A stretch of DNA of 64,000 nucleotides from an uncultured Desulfarculus sp. (lineage in GTDB: Bacteria; Desulfobacterota; Desulfarculia; Desulfarculales; Desulfarculaceae). The translations under genes were made by a program, and so were the position numbers. Location: positions 1,120,001 through 1,184,000 of the forward strand of contig CAXXUK010000002.1 in NCBI GenBank assembly GCA_963665125.2. Reading direction: 5' to 3'. The notes under the pieces were generated by a model that was not told the origin of the DNA, did no database searches, and worked only from the letters and a program-made list of their open reading frames with translations. This document shows positions 18,756-29,298 of this stretch, piece after piece; the first letter of the stretch is position 1, and each line of letters opens with the position of its first letter.

Positions 18756-21700
18756 ATGAAAAATACGTTTTGGGAGCGATTACTTATAAATTTGCGGGGA
18801 GGCTTGCTTCTTATTTTTCGTGAGTTGTTTTTTGCAAAAATCATGTCCTGGAGACTCCGTAGTTGCCTTGCCCGTGGCGCAGCCCACAACTGTGATAAAC
18901 TTCACTACCTGCTTCGTCGTCGGCTTATCCCGCTGTTTTCTTTTCTCTTTCCGAGGAACTTAGACCACTACACCAATGTGACCACGGATAACGGGCCACC
19001 GTTTCTTATAGATCTTCTGGATAAAAAGCCACGGATACTCTTTATCTGCTGCGGCCCCTTTGATTCCAAACAGATTGCCCCTTATGTGCAACGGGGCCGC
19101 GTATCGGTTTACCCATATTTTTCAAAAGGAAAACGCCATATCGCCAAACTGCCGGGCGATATGGAAGTCATCAGGCCTTTTACTTATTTCCCAGCCGGCG
19201 GCCCCGAGTTGGAGCAAGCCGTTCAACGCTGCTTAGCCAAAAATGATGTTCTATCGCAACACCTTTTGGATCAAATCAGGACGGGGATGGGAACATTCTG
19301 GAAGCCGTGGATGGATGAATCGTTTAAAACCATATGCCGGGACACACTCCATCCTATTATCAGGACTTCCGATGCTCTGCGTGAACTGCTGACCGTTCAA
19401 CAGTACGACGCCATTTTGGTGGCCGACACCAAATGTAATTATATAAATGATATTTACGCCCTGAACCGCCAGCTTTACAATGCACCCGTTTATGCTATCG
19501 CCAACTCCCAAAAACACTACAATTCCTTACTAAGCTCTCTCAAATTTACAGACCGGGTTGAACAGATAAATAGGTCGTTCTTTTACAATAAACTAAAAAA
19601 AACCGGGCTTCGAAAGGACATCTTAAAGACGGTAATGGGCGGAGCTGCAATCCCTTCTACCGAATGGACAATCCCGCTGAATGAGAACCTCAACGAACAC
19701 CACTTAAAAAGTGAGATGTTCGTATCCGAATTCCCAGAAAATGATTATGTCACCTTTTCCCCAGACCTGCTATACAGGGTGGACAATTCAGGGCATCATG
19801 GCCTCATCGCAGATGAAGCACTTGATTTCATTGAGCACTATCTGCTGCCCAAAACGCCGACGGTTCTTCTTTCTAATTTATTCATGAAATTGCCGGCAAC
19901 GACGGAAACGGAAGAGGCCGAGCGCTTTCAGCGATTAAGCGAGCACGAGAATGCTATAGTACTCGACTCCTTCGATATCGACATTGACCAGTCCGTGCCT
20001 TTACTCATAGTCTATTCGGCTATCAACACTTTACGGGAAAAAGTAAATATCGCGACCTCGCCGGATTGGAACCTAATCACTCTCAAATCATTACTCTCAA
20101 TCGTACATAAATGGCTGGAGTACGTGTACGCCAGGATTCATCCCCTGGAAACCCTGATATCAAGCAGGCCACCTCAATGGCTGGCGTGTTCCAATCATCG
20201 CCATCCCCTCTTTCAGGCCGCGATTAATCTTGTCCAATACCACAGTTTGCCTGCTATATCCATCGCATTGGAAACTGATTTTGAATGGTATTACAGGCCC
20301 AATGCTCCATTTGGCTCAACTGACTCCGATTATAAAGTAGTTGACAGCTTGGAGGGTGCCGACGACCTTACTTTCTCTATGCTGCGCCTATTAATACTAC
20401 TCCCCATGAAGGATTGGAAGCCACTGTTCCGTGCTGCGGAACCGATCCTGACATACATTGACCAATTCAAAGGCGAGATAAGGCATTTACTTGATGACCG
20501 ATTGTCCTATTTGGTTTTGCATCCGCTGGACCATTCTACAGCCCAAACCCAGCAGGAGAATGAAAAAACACTTTGGCCGTCTGAATTGAAGGGACGCCGA
20601 ATACTCTTATTGTGTAGCGGCGAACTGCCCAACACACGAATAGAATACCTAACCGGCGGGGCGGAGGTGACAGCCTATTTTAACCCCATGGGTGGCCGTA
20701 AGGGGATCGTTGACGAGGCGCTTGAGAATTTCACCGTCAAATCTATGTTGGATGTTTTTCAGATTAATACCGACGAAGAAAACAAAGCGGTTCATGAAGG
20801 ATTGTACCACGTGACGGGTTTGGTGGACTGCATCCGCAAAGAAATCCAAAACATAATGGGACAGCGGTACAGACCATGGATGCGCAGTACCGTCGATCTT
20901 ATTTGCCAGGACTTTTTGATTCTGCCGCTTCGAATCGGTCAATGCCTGAAAAAAATCTTATCGGAAAACGATTACGATATCATTCTACTGTCGGATGTGA
21001 AGGCAACATTTTTCAAGGAATTGTCCCTGTTTGCATCATCTATATCAAATATTCCCATATATTACATGCATACCCAAGTACTTGGAAAGGAAGATATACA
21101 GAAGATCGTAACCCATTCGGACGACATTGCCGATTACGTTTATAGGCGGATTTCAGATCCCAGAGAAAAAAAGAAATACGGTACAACAACGGCGGAAAAA
21201 CTGTGGTGGGAGAAAATGAAGGACACCGCCCGCTGGATGGAACCAATCGCCGGTTACTGCGACGCCCTGGAAGCAGACTTTAAAATTCCCGCACAGTTGA
21301 CAGGCCAAGCCTACCAATGCCTCGCATTGGCGGTTACTTCAACAAAAAATATTCTTGGCCATGACGCCATCGATATTATCGATAATCTCGCCCAGAAAGA
21401 CCCGGTGTTGGTCACACTCAACGTAGGAGCCAAGTGGTTCGGGCAAAACTCACAGGACCTGCCTTGGAAAGAACGTTGGGAAGAAGTCAAACAAAATCCG
21501 AATATGGTTCTATTAGAAATGCCTAAAGCTGATTTGGATCTAGAAAAATTATTTTTAGCGACGATGAGCATCTTGGACGCTTTTAAAAATAATAGCAGTT
21601 CTTTTAGCTACTTTTCAGAAAACATTTCTCTGTTTTCCAGGGTCTACAACGTCCTGTTGTATTGGTTTAAAAAGGTTTATCCCCGCTTGCTCGCCCTGCA

Positions 21701-22607
21701 AAAGGTATTTGAACGCAGGCCTCCGGAGCGCTCCATTGCCTGCCATCATCGTATGCCGATATTCAAAGGAATACTGGATCTAACCAGCGAATTTGAAAAA
21801 CCGTGCATCTCCGCCGTGCCGCTACTTTTGCCACCAGGATACTATACCCTTCCAGATTACTCCATGCCAAAACATTACTACTACAGTGTAGTTGACTCTT
21901 CACAAAAACTGGCAATCACCAAGGAATACGGAATCGACGCGGACCACATATTACAGGGAAGCGGATGGCGATACGATCAGGCTTGTCGCCAACTTGCCAC
22001 GTTTTCGGCAGACGAAGACAACGCATTATGCATACCTTCCGGCCTGTTGGTTCTGGCCTATTTTTCCCAGCATAGCATGGGTAATGTAACATTCGACACC
22101 GCTGAAATATTAGGGGCCTGCGCTTCGGAAATCCCCGGGCTGGCTATTTTTGTCAAGCCACATCCTAGTGAATCGAGTGCCAATATGTGGATGTACCGGG
22201 ATTACTGTGGTGACTTCGCTAACGGTTCGGTTATGAGGTTTGTCGAGCCATCTCAGTCCACATCGGCCCTATTGAAGCGGTGCGACTGCGTCGTCGTTCA
22301 TAACAGCAACCTTGGCATTGAGGGTACACTTCTTGGGAAACCAGTCTTGACTTTGCATCCAAATGGTGAACACTTTGAGATCGATTTCGAGCAGATCGGC
22401 TTCGCAAAGGCGGCGAGATCGCGCCAAGAAATCAAGGACACGTTGGACGCCATGGTAAACAATCCCGGCTTTCTGGAGTCCATGCGCGGACTCTCCAGGT
22501 CATACCTTAAAGAGAACCCTCAGTTTACGGACGGCAAAACCTTGGGCAGTCGGCTTAATGCATGGTTGGATTCGTTTCCGTTTCATAACGGGAAACAGCC
22601 TGGTTGA
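18756..22607 (+). CDS. Large GT-B-like protein with an internal ~440-aa duplication and a C-terminal HP-motif lobe (candidate nonulosonate transferase)
   Basis: VKPHPSES and CVVVHNSNLGIEGTLLGKPV at the C-terminus; two recognisably homologous N-terminal units. Confidence 0.6.
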   Translation: MKNTFWERLLINLRGGLLLIFRELFFAKIMSWRLRSCLARGAAHNCDKLHYLLRRRLIPLFSFLFPRNLDHYTNVTTDNGPPFLIDLLDKKPRILFICCGPFDSKQIAPYVQRGRVSVYPYFSKGKRHIAKLPGDMEVIRPFTYFPAGGPELEQAVQRCLAKNDVLSQHLLDQIRTGMGTFWKPWMDESFKTICRDTLHPIIRTSDALRELLTVQQYDAILVADTKCNYINDIYALNRQLYNAPVYAIANSQKHYNSLLSSLKFTDRVEQINRSFFYNKLKKTGLRKDILKTVMGGAAIPSTEWTIPLNENLNEHHLKSEMFVSEFPENDYVTFSPDLLYRVDNSGHHGLIADEALDFIEHYLLPKTPTVLLSNLFMKLPATTETEEAERFQRLSEHENAIVLDSFDIDIDQSVPLLIVYSAINTLREKVNIATSPDWNLITLKSLLSIVHKWLEYVYARIHPLETLISSRPPQWLACSNHRHPLFQAAINLVQYHSLPAISIALETDFEWYYRPNAPFGSTDSDYKVVDSLEGADDLTFSMLRLLILLPMKDWKPLFRAAEPILTYIDQFKGEIRHLLDDRLSYLVLHPLDHSTAQTQQENEKTLWPSELKGRRILLLCSGELPNTRIEYLTGGAEVTAYFNPMGGRKGIVDEALENFTVKSMLDVFQINTDEENKAVHEGLYHVTGLVDCIRKEIQNIMGQRYRPWMRSTVDLICQDFLILPLRIGQCLKKILSENDYDIILLSDVKATFFKELSLFASSISNIPIYYMHTQVLGKEDIQKIVTHSDDIADYVYRRISDPREKKKYGTTTAEKLWWEKMKDTARWMEPIAGYCDALEADFKIPAQLTGQAYQCLALAVTSTKNILGHDAIDIIDNLAQKDPVLVTLNVGAKWFGQNSQDLPWKERWEEVKQNPNMVLLEMPKADLDLEKLFLATMSILDAFKNNSSSFSYFSENISLFSRVYNVLLYWFKKVYPRLLALQKVFERRPPERSIACHHRMPIFKGILDLTSEFEKPCISAVPLLLPPGYYTLPDYSMPKHYYYSVVDSSQKLAITKEYGIDADHILQGSGWRYDQACRQLATFSADEDNALCIPSGLLVLAYFSQHSMGNVTFDTAEILGACASEIPGLAIFVKPHPSESSANMWMYRDYCGDFANGSVMRFVEPSQSTSALLKRCDCVVVHNSNLGIEGTLLGKPVLTLHPNGEHFEIDFEQIGFAKAARSRQEIKDTLDAMVNNPGFLESMRGLSRSYLKENPQFTDGKTLGSRLNAWLDSFPFHNGKQPG

Positions 22608-22690
22608 TTCACGCCGTCCCTTTTGGGATTGAGATGATGTTTCCGACAAGCGACCAGTTAAGCTCCAAAAACGTTATTTGAAGAGGCCTC

Positions 22691-24298
22691 ATGATTGAGA
22701 CGGATGGAACCCCTTCGGTTCATTGGACGCGGCACCTCAGGTTCAATGCGGAAGATGATATAGCCGCAATCAAGGATGCCTTGGGCCGAAATATTTTCGA
22801 GGACTGGATTGAAGGCATCGACCTGGAGAATGCGTTTTTTTTAAGATGCTATTACATGGAACAGGCCCGAATCATCAGAGGCGTCGGGTCCCCATCGCCC
22901 CAGCAGGCCCCTCCCACCGGTCAGAGGGTGGAAACAGGTGCCGGTCCCTTAATCAACCGCCGTAAATTTCACAAAAAATTCAACAAAATGCTCCTAACCG
23001 CCAAGAGAGACCCGGTCCGGAGATGGGACCCTCGGGAACGTCCCATTCTTCTGTTTCTGGGCGGTCGGCAAGAGCTGCCGCTGATCAGTGGCGTTGAACG
23101 TTCCCTAAGAAAAAACCAATTGAATCGGCTCTGGTCTCTTATCCCGAATAGAAACCATGTCGCCCCGGATCGATATCAGGTCGTTCTCAAAAATAGTCGC
23201 GAGAATTTTCACCGGGAGATTGCCGCCCTGTTCCCCAACCAGCCCATCATTGATCTGGAAACTCTCTCCAGCGAATCCATTCCCAAGCCGATGTATCAGA
23301 AAAACCTCCAACGCTGGAATGCGTGCGTTGATCACTTGGAGTCCCTTTCACCCATCCAACAGATACATGCCGACCGCCTACTACGCGCTCTCATGGTTGT
23401 CATTAAGAGTGCCTATCAGGTCCGTTGCTTCGTTCGGGCCTACAACCCCGTCTGTATAATTGGCGCTTTTGAAAAGTCGCCTTTGGGCGCCCTGGTCAGA
23501 CCTATGGTCAGGGCCGAGGTGATGGATGGCTCATGCGCGGTCATCAATGTGCAACATGGCCTGATTCCGGACCTGCCGGTCCTGGACCGGGTTGAATTCG
23601 ACCGTTTTTTTGTCTGGGACCGGCACACCAGGCAGGTCATTACGGACCTCGGTTACCGACCCACGAATACGATACGGGAAGTGGGAAACCATGCCTGGGA
23701 TGAACTAAGAAAAAGGCATCGGAGGGGCGCGGACGATGAGGCCGCGAAAGAACTTGTCAAATGGTCCATGGGCCATCGCCTAATTCTAGTTTGCACGCAG
23801 CCCCTCAATCGGAAATACCGGATGATGTTCCGTGACATTTTACTACGATATGCAACGCAGCGCCCTGAGGTTAAACTGCTGATCCGTCCACATCCCTGCG
23901 ACGGTGCGGGTTTGAAAACGGAGTGGCTGGAGAACGTCGCCCAACAAGTGGCGTCGAGACTGAGATTGGTCGACATTGATCGGCTCGACCTCGCCGCCTG
24001 TTCGATCCCCGCGGACGTGGCCGTCAGTGTTCATTCAACCATATTGCATGATTTGAACCAAGCAGGTAAGCCGGTGTTAAGCATTACTCCCGGGGCGGAC
24101 CAGACATCCATCGTCCGTCTCTACGACACCATACCTGTCGCTATAGATGAACATGAGGCCTTTCTTTGGCTCGACCACCTGTTGGATCGTCCTTCGGCCA
24201 TCGGCAGGCCTGCCACTACTACCGTGTTTATGAAGAGTTTTCCCCGTGAAGTGAATCGAGCAGTGCGGAAGTGTACCGGGATCTATTGGCGGCGGTGA
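22691..24298 (+). CDS. GT-B-fold HP-motif protein (candidate CMP-sugar transferase)
   Basis: NVQHG, FVWD, VGN, IRPHP and SVHST..GKPV. Confidence 0.6.
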   Translation: MIETDGTPSVHWTRHLRFNAEDDIAAIKDALGRNIFEDWIEGIDLENAFFLRCYYMEQARIIRGVGSPSPQQAPPTGQRVETGAGPLINRRKFHKKFNKMLLTAKRDPVRRWDPRERPILLFLGGRQELPLISGVERSLRKNQLNRLWSLIPNRNHVAPDRYQVVLKNSRENFHREIAALFPNQPIIDLETLSSESIPKPMYQKNLQRWNACVDHLESLSPIQQIHADRLLRALMVVIKSAYQVRCFVRAYNPVCIIGAFEKSPLGALVRPMVRAEVMDGSCAVINVQHGLIPDLPVLDRVEFDRFFVWDRHTRQVITDLGYRPTNTIREVGNHAWDELRKRHRRGADDEAAKELVKWSMGHRLILVCTQPLNRKYRMMFRDILLRYATQRPEVKLLIRPHPCDGAGLKTEWLENVAQQVASRLRLVDIDRLDLAACSIPADVAVSVHSTILHDLNQAGKPVLSITPGADQTSIVRLYDTIPVAIDEHEAFLWLDHLLDRPSAIGRPATTTVFMKSFPREVNRAVRKCTGIYWRR

Positions 24299-24429
24299 AT
24301 CGCGACAAACAACTGTCTAGCAAAAGGTTTGCGGTCCAAATTGAGGATGGAATCCGGATCGTTCCAAATGTGTTGATATTGTTCGTCCTTCTAGCCCATT
24401 CCGTGCGGATCACCAAGGACAACAATTCC

Positions 24430-25083
24430 TCATACCGGCCTCTGCATTAAAAAACGTCTGAGAATGTTCAATCCGACCCTGCCACTCTTTTCCGGGTGAA
24501 ACTGAGTCCCGAACGTGCTACCTGATCGTACGGCGGCTGTTAATGGAATATCATGGTAATTGGTGGTCGCCAACAAGTTCTCCCGGTGTGTGACAACCGC
24601 TGAGAATGCGTGGACGAAATATAAATACGCACCCTGTTCTGTGTCCTCAAATGGAGTCTTAACCCAGCCGTCACTCAGTGCGGGCGACATGATTCGGTTC
24701 CATCCAATATGTGGAATCTTGAGTTTTTCCCCAGACGTTGTTGTATTCGGGATCGGGTTCACAGACCCTGGGATCAAGCCAAACCCCTCATGGCGCCCGA
24801 ATTCTTCACTATACTCCATAAGCAACTGCATGCCGACGCAGATGCCCAGCATGGGGCGGCCGGATTTTGCATGCGCAATAATAGCATCAACCAAGTTTAA
24901 ACTCTGTAGCCTGTTGATGCAGTGACCAAACGCCCCAACCCCCGGCAGAACCAGATGTCCGGCCCGTTCGATTTCGCTTCGGCTTGAGGTTTGCACTACG
25001 TCCCCTCCGGCCACTGTCAAGGCTCTACGCACACTCAGAATGTTGCCGACTCCATAATCGACGAGCACTACTTTTACTGGCAT
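24430..25083 (-). CDS. hisH2: HisH-like glutamine amidotransferase (WbuY type)
   Basis: DYGVGN, LPGVGAF, GICVGMQ, PHIGWN and QFHPEKS; located in a glycan locus. Confidence 0.9.
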   Translation of the reverse strand: MPVKVVLVDYGVGNILSVRRALTVAGGDVVQTSSRSEIERAGHLVLPGVGAFGHCINRLQSLNLVDAIIAHAKSGRPMLGICVGMQLLMEYSEEFGRHEGFGLIPGSVNPIPNTTTSGEKLKIPHIGWNRIMSPALSDGWVKTPFEDTEQGAYLYFVHAFSAVVTHRENLLATTNYHDIPLTAAVRSGSTFGTQFHPEKSGRVGLNILRRFLMQRPV

Positions 25084-25088
25084 AGGTT

Positions 25089-25850
25089 TTAAACCCGTCG
25101 GGTTGGAATGCCGTGGTCTTCTAGAATCTCTCGAAGCTCTCCCACGGTGAATTTTTTGTAATGGAGAACATGGGCCATGGCTATGGCGTCGACCTTGCCC
25201 TTTGTAAACGCATCCACCATGTGTGGACCTTCCCCCATGCCTCCGCTAAGTATCAGGGGGACTGAACAGATTTCTGATGTCTTACGCCCCAACTCGATAT
25301 CAAACCCTCGGCATAGTCCTTCATGGTCGACCGAAGTCAGCAGAATTTCCCCAGCTCCCCGATCAACGCCTTCTGAAATCCATTCGAGAACATCATAACC
25401 AGTCTTTTGGCGGCCGCAGTCTACATAGGCCTCCCACCCACGTCCTCCCGGCCGACGCTTGGCCTCGATACTGAGCACCAAGCATTGAGACCCAAACGCA
25501 TTGACAACCTGATTGATAAGGTCAGGGTTCCGTATGGCCGCAGTGTTGACGGCGACTTTATCCGCTCCGGATTGGAGCATGAATTCAACATCCTTTACGG
25601 AACGAAGCCCTCCACCGACCGTCAGAGGTACAAAGACATTCCTGGCTGTTTCTCGGACCAGGTCGGTCAGGCTGTTATATTCGTACAAGGAGGCGACAAC
25701 ATCCATGTAAATTATTTCGTCAATGCCCTGTTCATAGTAATCCCGAGCAAAGTCTCCCGGAATGCCCACCTTGCGGACGCCTTCCAGATTAACCGGTTTT
25801 ACGAGATACGGTGCCTTGACGTCTAATCGCGCAATGATACGCGGTAACAC
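25089..25850 (-). CDS. hisF2: HisF-like cyclase subunit (WbuZ type)
   Basis: GTG start with GGAG RBS; RIIARLDVK, NLEGVRKVG, MDVVASLY and GEILLTSVD. Confidence 0.9.
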   Translation of the reverse strand: MLPRIIARLDVKAPYLVKPVNLEGVRKVGIPGDFARDYYEQGIDEIIYMDVVASLYEYNSLTDLVRETARNVFVPLTVGGGLRSVKDVEFMLQSGADKVAVNTAAIRNPDLINQVVNAFGSQCLVLSIEAKRRPGGRGWEAYVDCGRQKTGYDVLEWISEGVDRGAGEILLTSVDHEGLCRGFDIELGRKTSEICSVPLILSGGMGEGPHMVDAFTKGKVDAIAMAHVLHYKKFTVGELREILEDHGIPTRRV

Positions 25851-26276
25851 GATTAGGTCTCCATCAAGGTTATGAAACGACAGACCATGACAATAGCCAG
25901 CATCCTGGTTCATCCAAAAAGTTCTGTTCATCGAAATTCTTATGTTTGGATTATATCTTGGGGATATGGCAATGGCAAGACGCTAAAGAAATCGGTGATG
26001 TTCTCTAATCGCGAGAGTCAAGTGAAACTCTTTCCGTCCTTTAAAAAATCAACCGGTATCATGATTCTCTCTGGGGTCAGCACATTGTCTGCTCTAACCC
26101 AGGAACAACGGACATTTGTTTACGCGACAATTTAGTTTTTAAAAGCCAGCGGGCTGAGGTAGCCGTTGGCACTGTGCTTCCCGTTGCTTCAGGACCAATT
26201 CAGCCGCCTATCACAACTGTCCGATTTCCGGGGGCCACGGCTCGTATTTTTTGTCGCATGTACCGAAATAACCGTT

Positions 26277-27002
26277 TTATAAGGCCGTCTTCGCCTCTAT
26301 CAGGCTATAATCGACCAACAACTTCAATCCGTTGGTCAGCTGACGATTCTTATTTTGATATTGAACGGTCCATGTTCGGATCGGGTCTTCATTCGGTTCC
26401 AGGTCAAGGCCCGGTTCATAAGAAGAAACAGACCATGCTGCAAAGTGTTGAGAAATGGCCAGTTCAACGCTCTGGCGACTGGGAATGGACCAGCCGCGCT
26501 CCCACTCCCCGCGGCGACCGTGCATCCACTTTCGGTGTTTAAGATCCATGTCGATTCCGAACTCATTAAGCGGTCCCAGAATCAGAATCGTTCCCCCTGG
26601 TTTCAATAATCGAGCCGCTTTTTCCCAGAAAAAATCGAGATCGTCACCGGCGAACAGACTTATGACACCCACTCCGGTAATGAAGTCAAAGGTTCCATAA
26701 AAACGATCGTCAAGGCCGAGAAAATCCGATCTCATAAATTCGTGTTCGGGAATGTATTCCCTCGCTTGTTTGATGAGATCATCGAAAATATCTATACCTA
26801 GAAAGCTCCATGATGGAAACTGGCTCTGCATAATGGAAATTAACTCACCGGTGGCACAACCGATATCGAGCAAACGGGCATTCTTCATATTTTTAAGTTT
26901 CAGAGTTTCAACAATCCGTCTAAAAGTGAACTTGGGTTCCTTTGCCCATCCTTCTCGAATGTAATGTTGATAATTTCGGTATCGGGGCAGGTCAACGGCC
27001 AT
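26277..27002 (-). CDS. Class I SAM-dependent methyltransferase
   Basis: LLDIGCATG, GID, FDFI and LLKPGG. Confidence 0.85.
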   Translation of the reverse strand: MAVDLPRYRNYQHYIREGWAKEPKFTFRRIVETLKLKNMKNARLLDIGCATGELISIMQSQFPSWSFLGIDIFDDLIKQAREYIPEHEFMRSDFLGLDDRFYGTFDFITGVGVISLFAGDDLDFFWEKAARLLKPGGTILILGPLNEFGIDMDLKHRKWMHGRRGEWERGWSIPSRQSVELAISQHFAAWSVSSYEPGLDLEPNEDPIRTWTVQYQNKNRQLTNGLKLLVDYSLIEAKTAL

Positions 27003-27135
27003 GATGCCTCTCTCCTATTTTAGGAGTTGTTAAAATTCTGACGAATTGGAGGGTAGAATCATTCCCTGCGATTCCGACCATAGCATACCGTAAGGATATA
27101 CGGGCACCTTCCCTTTATGGACATTAACGCCGTTT

Positions 27136-28974
27136 TTACTGTTCGAATAAAAAATCGTCATCAAGATCATCCACAGGTCCACCTTCGGCGGCGGCCCGCC
27201 TACGCGCTTCCAATTTGGCGAACTCCTTCGTCAGCAAGGGTATCGTTCTTTGGATATCCTTTGATCCAATGGCGTAACGGAGTCGATTACCAATAGTGAC
27301 CAGTAACGTTTCGGCTTTCAGATTCCTGCGAACTCTACTTGGGTCGTTAAAAACTAGGAAAACAAACCGATCGGTCAGATAGCTGAGGGCATTTTCCCGG
27401 GACTCCTCGGGCAGGCTGGAAAAGGCCGGGCCATCGACTAGAATGCACGGGCAGTCGGTCTGTGCTGCGCCTAGAAAAAGTAGAAGAAGCTTGGTTTGGG
27501 CGTCCGCCTTGGCCCATTTGTTTAAAAACCCTTCCGTGCCAGCCAGTTTGTATATTTGGGGTACATTGATGTGATTCTCATTGATATACGGAGACAGTAC
27601 GCTATCAAATTCCCCGCTAGTTTGGTCCGGTAGACCGATGACTTGTTCAAGTTCATGATTCCCGGAAGAGACAGAAATCTGGGCCAGATACACCTCGTCG
27701 GACCAATTGGATGACACCGTTTGATTACCACCGGTCACGGCTTGCATTATGAGCGGGAGATTAAAACGGTTCAGCGGCCGATCCGTGAGCAACACAACCA
27801 GCCGGCCACGCGGAATGGCGGTAACGGACGAGTTGAGGCCCTCTACTAGATCATTGGGAGATACGTGGAGTTCACTTTGCTCCTTTAGTGAAATACCTTT
27901 ATCGCTGGAAGGGGTTTTTCCGGTGATCAAGCGGAAAACCGGTTGGAAGAAGGGGTAGAACAGATAGATTTTTATATAATTCTTGAATAGGGTCCTCACA
28001 CCACCCAGGAAGAACTTAAAGGGAATAAAATAGATGAAGACCTGCGCCCAGTGGCCGTTGGAGATAATCAGTTTATACCCTACATAATTGATCAGCAGGA
28101 ACATGGCGACGGACGTGGCGAACCCGCTGATGAGTAGGCTCATATGAGCAATGCGCAGTCTCAGTTCGTACCCATCCAAAAATCCGGCGGTGGAGCCGGC
28201 GAATGTCTCGTCCTTCAAGCGTTCCCAGCTTTCATCTGGTACGCGGGGGGCTCCACGGATGAACTCAAACGCCTTGCTCTTTTGGACGGAATAGCCTTTT
28301 GCATGCTCGCGCATATCGTCCGAACTATTCACGCCCCTCATAATCACATACAGATACGCAGGAGAGACAATCGCGAGGAACAGCACCAGGATCAGACTGA
28401 ATATAGGCTCCAGATAGAACATGACGATGACTGCCGGAACAAGGCTGAATATCGGCATGGTGCCGGTCAGGACCTCGATCAGGGTCCGCGCCAGATAGTT
28501 CGGCGCCCGGCTCGCTGCGGCGACAGCATAATTGGGCTCCAAAAGGAGCGGGTCTTCCGGGTCAAGGATATTGCCGTGCTCCTTGAGCCTCTCCAGTATC
28601 AATTCAAGTGTGTATTCTTCGTACCGCCGGGCCAGTTTTGACGTCAGACGCCTCGATAGGTACTGTGCAACGCCAGACGCAGTCAGGATAAGCGTTACAC
28701 CTGCGCTGGCGACCATAAGCCCGAATACGGAACGTGGAAGTTCGAAAACAATACCGAACCTATGAAACGGCTCGCCGCTCTGCAAGCTATGAAGAAAAAC
28801 GATAATGGCCGCCATGCCGACGACCTGGAGCCCTAACTGGACGAGATCCCAGAACAGAACTTTCACCGTCCCGCGGATATCAAAGAGGAGCACGTCCCCA
28901 ATCAGCCATTTAATGAGAGGCCAAGCACCGGAGGCCCACTCCGCCAGAAAAGCCCTATTGCCAGAGTCTTTCAT
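27136..28974 (-). CDS. MsbA/PglK-like ABC half-transporter with a degenerate nucleotide-binding domain
   Basis: About six TM segments in an ABC_membrane layout. The C-domain aligns with NBD landmarks (IPRGRLVVL, YLAQ, ILVD) but lacks Walker A and LSGGQ. Confidence 0.6.
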   Translation of the reverse strand: MKDSGNRAFLAEWASGAWPLIKWLIGDVLLFDIRGTVKVLFWDLVQLGLQVVGMAAIIVFLHSLQSGEPFHRFGIVFELPRSVFGLMVASAGVTLILTASGVAQYLSRRLTSKLARRYEEYTLELILERLKEHGNILDPEDPLLLEPNYAVAAASRAPNYLARTLIEVLTGTMPIFSLVPAVIVMFYLEPIFSLILVLFLAIVSPAYLYVIMRGVNSSDDMREHAKGYSVQKSKAFEFIRGAPRVPDESWERLKDETFAGSTAGFLDGYELRLRIAHMSLLISGFATSVAMFLLINYVGYKLIISNGHWAQVFIYFIPFKFFLGGVRTLFKNYIKIYLFYPFFQPVFRLITGKTPSSDKGISLKEQSELHVSPNDLVEGLNSSVTAIPRGRLVVLLTDRPLNRFNLPLIMQAVTGGNQTVSSNWSDEVYLAQISVSSGNHELEQVIGLPDQTSGEFDSVLSPYINENHINVPQIYKLAGTEGFLNKWAKADAQTKLLLLFLGAAQTDCPCILVDGPAFSSLPEESRENALSYLTDRFVFLVFNDPSRVRRNLKAETLLVTIGNRLRYAIGSKDIQRTIPLLTKEFAKLEARRRAAAEGGPVDDLDDDFLFEQ

Positions 28975-29110
28975 CCAATTACCTTGTTGATCAAACTCAC
29001 ACGACCAAAAATTCTGATGTCTTAGCTACTGGCCAAGCGAGTGGGTAATAAAGTCTTTCATAGTTCAGGCCGACCGGGGCGGTCCTTTCCTGATTCGGTG
29101 AATCGCGGGA

Positions 29111-29140
29111 AATTTACCACCCTTTCGAAACTATTGTCAA
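29111..29140 (-). promoter_or_regulatory. Sigma70-type promoter for the ABC-like/methyltransferase genes
   Basis: Minus strand TTGACA-N18-TAAATT with TG upstream of the -10. Confidence 0.5.
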
Positions 29141-29167
29141 ATCCGGCAAACCTCATTGCCGGATTTG
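29138..29167. terminator. Perfect 12-bp hairpin downstream of the 841-aa GT
   Basis: CAAATCCGGCAA-acctca-TTGCCGGATTTG. Confidence 0.5.
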
Positions 29168-29298
29168 TTGACTTGTAGCCAGCGTTGGCACCTGACAAGC
29201 GCAGGAGTTGGCTGGTTAAGGTTTACACGTTGGGTGAGCGGGATAATGAGCATGTTCGTAAATAGTGTTAGTGAAGATGCTTACGAAACGCCCATTCA

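Noticed and set aside
24430..25850. Histidine biosynthesis genes
   Set aside because: No other his genes are present; motifs and context match the glycan-associated paralogues.
25872..26135. 87-aa plus-strand ORF between hisF2 and the methyltransferase
   Set aside because: Antisense to its neighbours, with no recognisable motif.
29185..29200. Sigma54-like TGGCAC-N5-AAGC
   Set aside because: Lacks TTGC and points antisense into a gene 3' end.
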